Shown: positions 1-11,862 of the stretch, piece after piece
How the letters are laid out: each line of letters begins with the position of its first letter
Numbering within the stretch: the first letter of the stretch is position 1
Assembly (NCBI RefSeq): GCF_963921235.1
Contig: NC_086097.1
Span: forward strand, 196,168,001-196,232,000
Source of the DNA: Mobula hypostoma
Taxonomy: Eukaryota
Length of the DNA: 64,000 nucleotides
Direction: 5' to 3'
Notes under the pieces: model-generated
The model's database searches: none
The model's input: the letters and a program-made list of their open reading frames with translations, nothing else
Told to the model about the DNA's origin: nothing
Program-made: the position numbers and the translations under genes

Positions 1-280
1 ACAGTGGGATGGACTGTATCCACTACTTTTTGTAGTATTTCCCATTTGAGGGTATTGGTATTTCCATACCAAGCTGTGATGCACCCAGTCTGTATACTCT
101 TCACTACACATCTACAGAAGTTTGTCAAAGTTTTAGATGTCATGCTGAATCTCCAGAAACTCTGAAGAAGATGGGGTACTACTATGCTTTCTTCATAAAT
201 GCACTTTCATGCTGGGCCCAGGACAGGTTCTTCGAAATAATAATACCAAGGAATTTAAAGTTGCTGACCCTCCCCACCTT
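1..280 (-). mobile_element. Rex1/Babar-type LINE fragment (3' part of ORF)
   Basis: Reverse complement resembles the C-terminal region of the 14447-16243 and 46830-47352 copies. Confidence 0.6.
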
Positions 281-329
281 CTCTGATTCTCCCCACAACT
301 CCCCATTCCCCCCACAGATTCCATCACTC

Positions 330-615
330 GTCTACACAACTTATAGCAGCCAAAATAACCTGAATATTTTTAGGTGGAAACGAGACCAACCATAGGAACC
401 CCACTCAGTCGCAGGGAGAATTTATAAATTCCATACTGACAGCACTAGAGGGCAGCATTGACCTTGGGTAACTCACACAAAATGCTAGAAGAAATCAGCA
501 GGTCAGGTAGTATCTATGGAGGGAAATAAACTGTCAATGTTTTGTATCAGGATCCTTCATTAGGACCTGGGTATCTGGAGCCATGAGGTAGCAGCAATAC
601 CAGTTGTACCTATTT
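330..615 (-). mobile_element. Degenerate V-SINE, interrupted at 471-566 by a PLE terminal mini-insert
   Basis: Similar to the minus-strand SINE at 4953-5194/6699-6778 (ccactcagtcgcagggagaa...tactgacagc). Confidence 0.5.
471..566 (-). mobile_element. Penelope-like terminal repeat mini-insert with decayed hammerhead motif
   Basis: Homologous to 24928-25025. Flanked by TGGGTA at 465-470 and 568-573. Confidence 0.7.
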
Positions 616-651
616 TGCCAACTTAGGCTTTAGAATTCCACTCCTTGGCAG

Positions 652-1240
652 AGTCATAGAGCACAGAAGCAGGACCTTCAGCCCATCAATTTAGTGCTAT
701 CCTATTTTCTGCCTAATTCCATCTACTCATACTTAGACACTAGCCCTTCATACCCCTCTCATCCATGTAACTATCAAAATTTCTTTTAAATGCTGCAATA
801 GAACCCATATTCACCACTTCCATTGGCAGCTCCTTATTCAACACCTGGACCACTCTCTGATCGAAGAAGAGCCCCCTCAGAATCTCCTAAAATATTTCAC
901 CTTTCACCCTAAACCTATAGCCCCTAGTTCTGGTCTTATCCAACCTCAGGGGGGAAAGCCTGCATGTATTTACCCTATCAATGCTTCTTATAATTTTGTC
1001 TACCTCCAAGATCTTCCCTCATTCTTCTACACTCCAAGGAATAAAGTCTTAACCTATTCATCCTTTCCTTATAATTCAGGTCCTCAAGTCCCAACAACAC
1101 TCTTATAAAGTTTCTCTGCATATTTTTAAGTTTGTGATATCTTTCCTGTAGGTAGTTAACCAGAACTGCACTTCAAATGTTGGCCTTACCTACAGTATAT
1201 CCTATACAACTTCAACATAACATCCCAGCTCCTGTACTCC
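652..1240 (-). mobile_element. CR1 LINE 3' fragment
   Basis: gagtcatagag tail and CR1 ORF2 C-terminal homology shared with 5195-5800. Confidence 0.85.
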
Positions 1241-2030
1241 ATTTTTCCCTCTGACCCCTGCAATCCTCTACCCTTCCCTGACCCCAGTTCCAACTTTTGC
1301 TATGTCTTCCCATCCCCTCTGAGGCAAAATGTTCTTTGCCTTCCCTTTGTACCCCTGCATTGACACCTCAGTGAGTTCAGCGGCCACCAATCAGCTGAGC
1401 TCTCCTTCTATTACCTCCGCCACCTGCCTCTAAGCCTACTTCTCTGACAAGAATTCTCCACATCCTCACCAATGACCTCTCCTCCTGTACTGAACCTTCC
1501 TCCGCTTTTTGGACACCCACCTCTGACCTTCTGCCCTCTCTGGATCTAGTTCAGGGAAGGGGATGCTGTTGTAGTCTAGGAAAGTTGCAGAGGCCAGACA
1601 ACAAGTCTCAGATGCCTCATCTTACTTATCGCTTGAAAAGGACCCTACTCAGGAGCATCATGGCCATTGTTTCCTGTACTATCACTATCTTGGAGTTTGA
1701 TGATCTCCCATCCATTGCCACCAACCTCAGTTCCCATACCGCTCGTTTCTACCTCCTACCCAATATTCACAAATCGAACAAGCTCAGTACTCCCATTGCT
1801 TCTGTCTGCTCCTATCCTAATGTCCATATACCTCAACTCAATTTTGTCCCCCTTGGTTCAGTCGTATCCTACCTAAATCCACGACACTTCACATACTCTC
1901 CATCACTTCAGTAGCTTTCAATTCCCTGGCCTGGATTGCCTTATTTTCACCATGGACATTCAGCGCCTATACGCTTCTATCCCCCATTAGAAAAACCTTA
2001 ACACTTTCTGCTTCTTTCTGGTCAACAGGA
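1240..2030 (+). mobile_element. Penelope-like element, reverse transcriptase fragment (decayed)
   Basis: ORF 1585..1914 contains TARFYLLPNIHK...PIASVCSYP; downstream FTMDIQRLYASIPH. Both are PLE RT motifs. Confidence 0.75.
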
Positions 2031-2860
2031 TCTCTTTATGCAAGGCCAAATCTTTATGTATATTTAAGGCAGAGGTTGATGGATTCAAGACTGATCAGGG
2101 CATGAAGGGATATGGGGAGAAGGCAGGAGATTGGGGCTGAGAGGAAAATTGGATCAGCCATGATGAAATAGTAGAGCAGACTCAATGGTCCAGGTGGCCT
2201 AATTCAGGTTCTACCCCCTGTCCGACCGCAGCTCTAGTTTAAACCCCTCCGGAACAGCACTGCCAAACCTTCCTGCAGGGATATTGGTCTTCTTCCTCTT
2301 GGGTGCCCACCATCCCACTTGTACAGGTCCCACTTTCCCTGTAAGGGAGCCCAATGATTCAAAAATCTGAAGTCCTCCCTCCTGTGCCATTTCTTTAGTC
2401 TCAGGTTAAAATGCATTATCTTCCTATTTCTTGCCTCACTAGCAGAATCACTGTCTTATACAGCATGAAAGTTATTGTTTTGTAGCAGCAGTACAGTGCA
2501 AAGACGTAAAAGTTCAATAAATTACAAAACAAATGGTGCAAAAATGAAGGAATAATGAAGTAGATTTCGTGGGTTCATGAACCATTCAGAAATCTGATGT
2601 TGGAGGAGAAGAAGCTGTTCCTAAATTGATAAGTGTGGGTCTTTAGGCTCCTGTATCTCCTCCTGATGATAGTAATGAGAAGAGGGCATGGGATCGCCAT
2701 TGGTAGTCACATGACTTCTCTTTTAAGATAGGTACATGGAGCTTAAAAAAATAGAGGGCGATGCGGTAGGGAAATTCTAGGCAGTTTCTAGAGTAAGTTA
2801 CATGGTCGGCACAATATTGTGGGCCGAAGGGCCTGCAATGTGCCATTGATGTTCTAAGTA
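2030..2860. mobile_element. Cluster of short LINE fragments: CR1 3' tails (+, about 2030-2210 and 2720-2860), CR1 ORF1 esterase end (-, about 2215-2440), Rex-type 3' fragment (-, about 2450-2720)
   Basis: ORF 2234..2416 (FRFLNHW...DLYKWDG.H) resembles the CR1 ORF1 SGNH esterase end. The tails match other CR1 copies in the window. Confidence 0.65.
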
Positions 2861-3094
2861 TGGTGCGAGACATTCTGTGGACTTCATCAGGAATATGGTC
2901 AGATGCTGCAACAACCAGGTGAGTGGAAGCTAGACATCAAGTTGGATTAGTTATCGCACTATTGTTGAATTTGTGGAATTGCCAACACTTGCTGGTAATT
3001 ACGGTTTGACTGCATGAATGTTCATACTTGCATACATTATCTTGCTACAGTTAATGAAGAATAAATATTTTTCTCCCAGATGTTTATATACATA

Positions 3095-4379
3095 CAATGG
3101 ATTCCATTTAATGGGGTCATCGGTTAATCGGGTAGCTGCTTATTTGGGACAATTCCTAAAGAACACAAACTAATCGAGAAAATAGCTGGGATTCACTTAA
3201 TTTATTTTGGACATTTTGCTGCTTGGGACAGGAGGCTGTTACCAAACAGCTTCTAACTGGTGTCTGTCATGTGTACTTGTGTGGCCATTAGATGCTACTC
3301 TGTGCTTATAGGGAAAAGTTTTGAAATAGCATCAGTTGTGTATGTTTCTGTTCAAAAAGTAGTAATTTTTGCCACTGATACTTGGAAGAAATAAACAGTA
3401 AGATAGTTCAGAACTGTCTTTGCATTTCAAGTATTCGGGCTTGGAGGTGCTAGAAACAACTGGGAGTGAAAATGAAATGATTTTATTATTTCAGCAAGTT
3501 AGGTACTTGAAGGTATTGACAATTATCTTGAAAGTTACAATGAAAATGAAGATCTGGAAGGTGCATTCAGTGGAAGAATTGTATGAAGGCAGTACATTAT
3601 CTGCACTTGGTGTCTGCACTGATTTTGTTCATTTACAGTTAATCAAAAGAATATGGCAGCGTATATCGAATTAATTCCTCCGTGGGTAAATATTAGGAAC
3701 TAATACATTTTTATAGCACTGTAGTGGTATTGGCAGTGTTCTAATTTGTTCTGTATTTTATTCAAATATCTAATTAGTTACCCAGTTAAGTGGCAGATTG
3801 TCTTTTTTATACCTATTTAACTATTTCAATGAAAATTCATCTATAGAGAATTAACACAAGTAAAGGGAAAGATTTGGGAAAGGGATAAAAAATGAAAAAA
3901 ATAAGTAAATAAGTACATAGGGATTGGATAATTATGTCTGCGGGCAGGAGCAAGCATGAACAAATTAGGATATAAACACCTACAATGGTTGTTACATAGG
4001 CTTATATACAACAATTTGGACCAGTGGAAATGGTCCAGAAGAGTTATATGGAAACTATTACCATTTTTCTTAACAACTAATACCATTACTTAGCCTAATA
4101 GATTAGAATTACCACAGTACATAATTATCTATTTAAGTGTCTAATTTGCTTTTATATCATCTCAATGTGTACTTAAGAATGTATAAATAATTATAGTTTT
4201 ATACATATAAAAAAATGGAAAAGGTTATATGTGTGAAAAAAGTACATGATATTTGTGAATTCCTTATCCAAATAAAAATAAAATTTTAAAAAAAAAGAAA
4301 ATTCATGTAATTTGGGCAGCTGCTTAATTGGGCCAAAATGTACTGGTTCTGATGTATCCCAATTAACAGCAATCTGTTG
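3095..4379 (+). mobile_element. Tc1/mariner (Tigger/pogo-like) non-autonomous DNA transposon, interrupted at 3841-4296
   Basis: Imperfect TIRs CAATGGATTCCATTTAATGGG ... CCCAATTAACAGCAATCTGTTG, with TA on both flanks (3093-3094, 4380-4381). Repeated subterminal GCAGCTGCTTA(A/T)TTGGG-like motif. Confidence 0.7.
3841..4296 (+). mobile_element. 5'-truncated poly(A) retroposon, probably an L1/Tx1-type 3' end
   Basis: Perfect 10-bp TSD GAAAATTCAT (3831-3840, 4297-4306), with AATAAA and an A-rich tail. Confidence 0.7.
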
Positions 4380-4952
4380 TAAATGTGACAGAACTATAGA
4401 AATAGGAAAGGTTTCTGGTACTATTACAAAATGAATTTAGATGTGTTCACTCTTGTAAAATAACAAGTATAGTTTTTAAAAATATATTTAGATCTTTGGG
4501 ATTTAAATAAATAAAATGTTCCATTGCAGAAGAATACTTGGAATGTCTAACAGTTACATAAATAAAATTTTTGAGGAAATTTCAAATAAAACTTCAACAC
4601 AGTGGTAATAATTACTAAGAATTTTAGTAATGTTTATGTTAGAAGAAGCATCTGCTGTCCAGATGGTTCAACATTCCGTTCCTGTATCTCTGTGGAGTCT
4701 TCAATTACTCCTTTCATTCTATACAGTATTGATGTGAAACATTTTATTTCTTCCTTAATGCAATGATCACATGAACAACAAATGAGTTAAGAAACTTTTA
4801 ACTTTCCTTATATGATCAGTGCATGTTGTGATCACTATTAGAATTGCCAGTCTAGACAAGTGCATGGTAGAATATCGTCTGTCATTTCCACAGACCAAGA
4901 TGTTTTAAATGAGGAAAACAGAATGGACTTACTATATAATTTTTAGTATTAC

Positions 4953-6778
4953 AGATTAGCTTTATTTGTCACATGGATATCAAAACATCAAAACTTACAC
5001 TGAAATGTGTCATTTGCATCAATGACTAATACAATCCAAAGATGTACTGGGGCAAGCCCACAAGCATCGCGAGGCTTCCACTGCAAACATACCATGCCCA
5101 CAACTTACTAGCCCCTTTGTCTTTGGAGTGTGGGAGGAACCCAAAGCACCCGGAGGAAATCCACACAGTCAGGGGGAGAAATGTACAGATTCTTAGAGTC
5201 ATAGAGTCGCAGGACAGAAACAGATCCTGCGGTCCATCTGGTCCATGCTGAAACCATTTAAACTACACCAGGAACATAGCCCTCCATATCCCTACTATCT
5301 ATGTACCTATCCAAACTCCACTTAAATGTTGAAATCGAGCTCGCATGCATCACTTGTGCTGACATCTTACTCCACACTCCCACAACCCTCTGAGTGAAGA
5401 AGTTTCCCCTCATGTTCCCCTTAAACTTCTTAACTTTCACCTTAAGCCTCTGGTTGTAATCCCATCCAACCTCAGTGGAAAAAGCCTGCTCGCATTTACC
5501 CTATCTATACCCCTCATAATTTTGTATACCTTTATCAAATCCCCTCTCAATCTACTTTGCTCTAAAGAATACAGCCCTAACCTATTCAATCTTTCCCGAT
5601 AATTCAGCTCCTCCAGACCCGGCAACTCCTTGTAAATTTTCTCTGACACTTCCAACTTCATTTACATCTTTCCTGTAGGTGGATGACCAAAACCGCACAC
5701 AATACTCCAAATTAGGCCTCACCAACATCTTTTACAACTTCAACGTAACATAGCGTCTTCTGTACTCAATACATTGATTAATGAAGACCAATGTGCCAAA
5801 AGCTTTCTTTACGATCCTATACATGTGATGCCACTTTCAACAAACTATGTACCTGTATTCCCAGATCCCTTTGTTCTACCACACTCCTCAGTGCCAAACC
5901 ATTCACTGTGTAAAACCTACCCTGCTTGATCCTACTGAAGTGCAAAACCTCACACTTGTCTGTTTTAATTTCCAACTGCTATTTTTCAGCCTATTTTTCC
6001 AGCTGATGCAGATCCCTCTGCAAGTCGTGATAGTCTTCCTCACTGTCCACTGCACCCCCAGACTTGGTGTCTTCCACAAACTTGCTGATCCAGTTAACCA
6101 CATTATCATCCAGATCATTGATATAGATGACAAGCAACAATTGGCCCAGCACCAATCCCTGTGGCACACCACTAGTCACTGGCCTCCAGTCAGAGAGGCA
6201 ACTGTCTACTACCACTCTCTAGCTTCTCCCACAAAGCCAATGTCTAATCCAATTTACTTCCTCACTCTGAATGCTGAGCAACTGAACCTTCTTGACCAGC
6301 CTCCCATGTAGGACCTTGTCAAATGCCTTACTAAAGTCCATGTAGACAACATCCACTGCCTTACCTTCATCAATTTCCTGGTAACTTCCTCAAAAAAATC
6401 TGTAAGATTGGTTAGACGTGACCTACCACACATGAAACCATGCCGACTATACTTAATCAGTCAATGCATATCCAAATACTTATATATTTGGTCCCTTAGG
6501 ATTCCTTACAATAACTTTCCCACAACTGATGACAGACTCACCGGCCTATAGTTTCCTAGTTTCTGTTTAGAGCCTTTTTTAAACAGCAGAACATCATTGG
6601 CTATCCTCCAATCCTCTGGTACCTCTCCTATCTCTAAGGTTGTTTTAAATTTCTCTGCTCAGGTCCTGGCAATGTCTGCACTTGCCTTCGGTAGGGCCTT
6701 TACAGACAGCAGAAGGAAATGAACCCTGGTTGCTGGCATTGTAAAGTGTCATGCTGGTTGCTAAGCTACTGTGCCACC
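4953..6778 (-). mobile_element. V-SINE (4953-5194 and 6699-6778) split by a CR1 insertion
   Basis: The halves rejoin as ...atgtacagattctt|acagacagc...; the tRNA-like head is at 6720-6778. Body and tail resemble 52990-53290. Confidence 0.75.
5195..6698 (-). mobile_element. CR1 LINE, 5'-truncated (RT domain to 3' tail)
   Basis: ORFs 5991..6215 (SGVPQG.VLG...YINDL...SKFVEDTK), 5437..5661 and 5258..5440; tagagtcatagagtc tail. Confidence 0.92.
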
Positions 6779-7299
6779 TTGTTCTTTTTTTCATTCAAGA
6801 TCAAAAGAAAACCATGCTCTGAATAACCAATATCATTGATTACATAGTTGTTTATTTATTGCTATGATATACTTCAAAATTTCACTTTTTCATATTCATA
6901 ATGAATATCATAATTTCCCATTAGTTGGAGCAGTTTGTAACTGTTCTACAATATTCAAGTTCAAGAATGCAACCATATCGGCAAACGGTGAAATTACCAT
7001 TTTACATCCACTTCCATTCTGGTCAGAATGAGGTTTTGAACCTTAAGCTCATGACTACTGTACCAGTTGGGAAATGCAAAGTTATTGCATTACTTGCAAA
7101 CTAATCTTGTAACACAGTGTTAAATAGTTCTTGCAAATAAACTATTATCAGAAAGTTGACTAATAATAATCACACAAAACTGTTGACTGCTGTAAGGTCA
7201 AAATATTATTGAACTTATATGAATTATTCATAGCTCAAAGGTTTACTTTCAACAGACCAGACTTTTGACCCCCAGAGATAAAAACATCACCTTCAAGAT

Positions 7300-9735
7300 C
7301 AGTGGTTCCCAAATTGGGCGATATCACCTCTCCCCCACCCCAGGGGTGGTGGGGGTTTCCAACGGGATGATAAAGATAAAGGGGGTGATGGGGCTAGCAT
7401 TTCCTACAGTAGCAAAGAGAACAGTTGAGGGATGACAGGGTTAATTTAAGAAAATAATTACTTATTATAAGTGTTTGATCCTCAGTGCCTCATAATTGAT
7501 CACAATGATCATGTAATCACTTCATCTCCTCCTAACCCACCGTTCTCTTAGACCACTCAAGCATGTTACAGCTGTGGAAAAACAATGTGATGCTTCTGTA
7601 AATGGCACATGATGAGAAAACTGTATGGAAGAAATTGTGTTATTCTTGGGCCCAGCCCATACATCATTACCATTCACTACTGTAGTACAGTGTTAGCTAT
7701 TACGATTCTCACACTCTAACCATGCAGTGACACAATTCCTGTGAATTCCGGTATGGCATTCAATGGGGTAATGTTCAAAATCTACTCTTTGAATGGTCTT
7801 GACTGCATTTCTTTAGCCCATATCTGAACCAAAATATCACTACCCCACTTTCTGCACCTTCAGGCAGAGAGTCCGGTTTTGCCTGAGTTATGATGATGTC
7901 ATAACTATTCCCTATATCGATCGCAGTGCTTGAGGTTGGACTTAAGATATAGTTGATTGACTGTGGTCGTTAATCCATAATGAAAATGACAGAAGCAGAT
8001 CAAATGAACATGACTGAAGACAGTATAGTGTGGAATATCTGAAATATGGATTTATACCAGCACCAAGCAAACAGCAGCAGCCAATGTGTCTACTGTGTCA
8101 CAAAGTTTTTTTCAAATTAAGCAATGAAACTATCCAGGCTCCTTGAGCATTTGAAGAAAATACACTCTGATAAAGCAAACAAGAACTTAACTTATTTTCA
8201 GTTACTTTATGAAAACTTTCAGAAACAGAAAGCACTTCAAAACATGTTTTCCAGCACTTCACAACAAAATAATAATGGTCTGTGTGCTTCATGCATTTCA
8301 TTGCTCATTACTAAATCTGGAAGGCCCCATACAATTGGAAAAGATCTGATTCTGTTAGCAGTAAGGAAGGTTCTGAGTATGATTTTGCACAAGTCACCAG
8401 ATCAATTCCACTCAGTGACAACTCTGTTCAAAGATGAATAAATGCAATGTCTAAGAACGTGGACACACATTGTGCAATGTACTTAGGATAGCAGAATTTG
8501 CTTTGCTGTTAGATGTCTCAACTGGACTAGGCAACGAATCTTTGCTTCTTGGTTATGTTCACTTCATAATATATGAAAGCATAGTTCAAGAGTTGTTATT
8601 TGAAAGGGGACTAGAAACATGGGGAGACAATATTTCATGTCGCTGAGCAATTTTTCAAAGAGAAGGACATTCTGCTTACCAACATTTTTCATTGTGCAAC
8701 AATGGGCACCATCAATGGCAGGACACCACCGTGGGGTTATTACTTTCTTCAAAAAAGCTGTACCTAACATATTTACTATTCGCTGTGTAATTCGCAGACA
8801 ACAACTTGTCGCAAAAAGCCTAAGTGATTGGTTGAACAGATTATTAAATAGCGTTGAATAAAATTAAGACCCATGATCTCAATTCCTGACTATTTCAGGA
8901 GCTGTGTATTGAGAATACTGAACGGTTTGAATGCTGTTGTTACACACAGGACTCAAATGGTTCTCAAAAGTAAACTGCCTGAGATGCCTTTATGTGCTTT
9001 TTGAAACTGAGATAGAATTCTTTGAAGGCCTGAATGCTTCATTCAGTAATCAATTCACAATTGATAGACATTACATTTCATATTTGTCAGGATTACTTGC
9101 AAAACTAAATGAAATCAGTCTTCAAGTTTGAGGAAATGATGTGAATCTTATCAAAGTCAAATCAGGCGTCTCCACATTTCTATCCAAGTTAACCCTATTT
9201 GAGTGTAACATTGGCTGTCATGACCTTTTCTAATTTCTGGACTTCTCTGAGTAGGAAGAGAAAGAAAGAATACTAGATGATGATCTTCAAGTATCTGTGC
9301 CCACCTGGCTGAGGTGCATAAAGACATGTCAGAGAGACTTCAGGATCTTCTCTTGATCCAAGTTCCTGATTCGGTAACTAATCCATTCCTGAACACTTGT
9401 AATGAGGAATTAACATTGCACGTGGAGGAAGAACTAATCTCACTACAAAATGACTTTGAGCCAAAGATAAGGTTCAAAAAATCATATCTAGACTTTTGTT
9501 TGCAGAAAGAAATGTCTGAACGCCATCTTGCACTGTGGAAGAAGGTCAATATGATCTTTACTGCTTTTCCAACAACATACTTAGTGGAGCATGGTTTCAG
9601 TTCAGTGGCACTACTTCCTTCAAAGTAATGAAACAGACTGCAAAGTACTAAATGTGGGGATCTGACATCTCCTTCAGGGTGTAATTCAGTCTGATGTTGA
9701 GAAACTGATATCGCTGCACCAAGCCCATCCATGTG
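7300..9735 (+). mobile_element. hAT DNA transposon (Charlie/Buster family), pseudogenised transposase, 3' end missing
   Basis: 5' TIR CAGTGGTTCCCAAA at 7300. Fragments YLKYGF..PMCLLC, MKLSRLLEHLKKIH, CVIRRQQL, LLLHTGLKWFSK, FPTTYLVEHGFS and LHQAHP across ORFs 8124-9628, with many stops and frameshifts. Confidence 0.88.
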
Positions 9736-9737
9736 GT

Positions 9738-9790
9738 CCCTCTCCTTCTCTCCCTCTCCCCCTCCCTCCCTCTCCCCCTCTCCCCCTCCT
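9738..9790. repeat. Pyrimidine-rich low-complexity (CCCTCT/CCCCT) tract
   Basis: tctccttctctccctctccccctccctccc... directly after the hAT breakpoint. Confidence 0.8.
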
Positions 9791-11169
9791 AGTTGTGGGA
9801 CTTCTGACAGCAACTTGGTTGCAGTCACAGCTCTGAGTCAAATTCTGGCAGAATGCATCGACATATTTTGTGTTTATTTATTTTGTCTGGGATTGCCCAC
9901 TGCAGGCACAGCTAAGGCTCTCATTCCAGCTGGGCAGAAATCAAGCCGAAGGTGGCGCTGAGTAGTAACATTATAGCTGAATATTTATGAGTTAAATATC
10001 TGCTTCAATTTTTCCCAGGCTATCTTCCCTATGCAAAGCAGCATTATAATACTAATCTTCAACTCCCATTTTTTTCTAAATGCTAGATATTTGGTAATTT
10101 ATATTTGAACTAAAGCAAACAGGTAGCAGATCATATTTCTGGTATCTGTGAGGATAATTCATTAAAAGTGGAGAAAATCTGACTAATAGAATAAACATGG
10201 CAAGGACCCTAAATAACCAGTCCCCAGCTAAATTCCTTCCTATGTAGAGTGTGGAAATGTAGGTGTCATATTTGCTGCTCTGTGCTGTTAGCACCACATA
10301 ATATAGAATGTATTGCTGCTGCAAATTTCGTTCATCTGGTTTAATTTCAACAGAGAGCAAGTAGTAAGATTATAAAGACAATTGGCTAGGAGGGGAAATA
10401 ATTCTGGTATAGCTTGCACTGGTGATCAAAGTCCTGTAATCATTGGCTAGTAGGAGGGTTTCTATCATATTCCCAGTGCAGTTACAATGCCGGAGCGGCA
10501 ATGCTCAAAAAGAATTTGGAGTCATCGTATTAAGTCTGCATCTGAGTGAACCGTAATTCTCACCCCAGCTGACTGATCCACAGACTTGCAGGAAGTAAAA
10601 GCAATTTGCATTGAGAGACTTAAATTCAGTGTCAAGGTGTGACTGACTAAGTCACTCAAGATATTCATCATGGCAAGCAAACATTCTCTTGGAGCCCCCC
10701 TTGGTAGAATTACTAAAACTGAGAATCCATCAATTTTTTACTCTATTAGGAACATTGCTAACAGTAGATGATTCTGGTGAACTTCACCGACAAATGTCTC
10801 CCTTGTAGTACACATTTGCAGAGGGAGCACATTCTAACTGGTTGCTGATCCAGTTTACCATATTATCATCTAAATCATTAATATAGATCATAAACAACAA
10901 AGAACACCCCTGAAAGTTCAAGCACCTGTGTTGTAACAGGCTAATACACACAAATAGTCTAAAAGCTTCTGAAGACAGAGAACTAGACTCCCAAGATTGG
11001 TGTTGTAAGGGCTGATTCAAATATCCCAGTTATAGGCCGATGACCATGTTTGAAAAGCTGAGTGACAAAATGTAGTCTGATCTGGCAGCCCTCCTTGATC
11101 ACTGGATGAAGAGTGCACATTAACTTAGCTGCAGGTTTATTTTGTATATATTTACAGTATAAGAGCTTC

Positions 11170-11862
11170 CCATTTCTTCTGTGCTGCAGAGAATAAAGTT
11201 CCAACCTATTCAACTTTTGCCAATAGCTCAGATCCTCCAGACCCAGCAAAATCCTTGTAAATTTTCTCTGTATTCTTTCAAGCTTCTTGATATATTTCAT
11301 GTAGGTAGGTAACCAGAACTGCACATAATGACCCACTACTGTCTTACACAACTTCACCATAACATCCCAGCTCCTCTAATCAATGCCCTGATTTACGAAG
11401 GTCAATGTGGTAAAAATGCTTTTTACAATCTTATCTACCTGTGCTGCTACTTTCGAAGAATTATGGATCTGAATTCCAAGATCCAGTTTTTCTACCGCAC
11501 CCCTCAGTGACCTGTCTTTCACAGTGTAAAGTCTTGGTTTGTCCTCCCAAAGTGCAAGGCTTCACACTTGTCTGCCTTAAGTTCCACCAGGCATTTTCAG
11601 CCCGTTTTTCCAGCTGACACAAGTGCCACTTCAAACATTGCTGGCAAACCTCATTGTCCACTATGCCCCTAATCTTGGTGCCATCTGCAGATTTGCTGAT
11701 CCAGTTTACTATATTATCATCTAAATCACTAATATAGATCATAAACAACAATGGACCCCCCACTGATCCCTGTGGCCCCCCACTAGCCACAAACCTGCAG
11801 TCAGAGAGACAACCATTTACTACCACTCTTTGTTTTCTTCCATAAAGCCGATGTTGGATTCA
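11170..11862 (-). mobile_element. CR1 LINE RT fragment
   Basis: ORFs 11461..11826 (SGGPQGSVGGPLLFMIYISDL..SKSADGTK) and 10983..11360. Confidence 0.88.

Noticed and set aside
5847-6311. Numerous 60-200 aa ORFs such as 5847..6311, 41309..41932 and 62976..63431
   Set aside because: They are antisense or off-frame readings of LINE sequence that recur in each copy, with no independent coding evidence.
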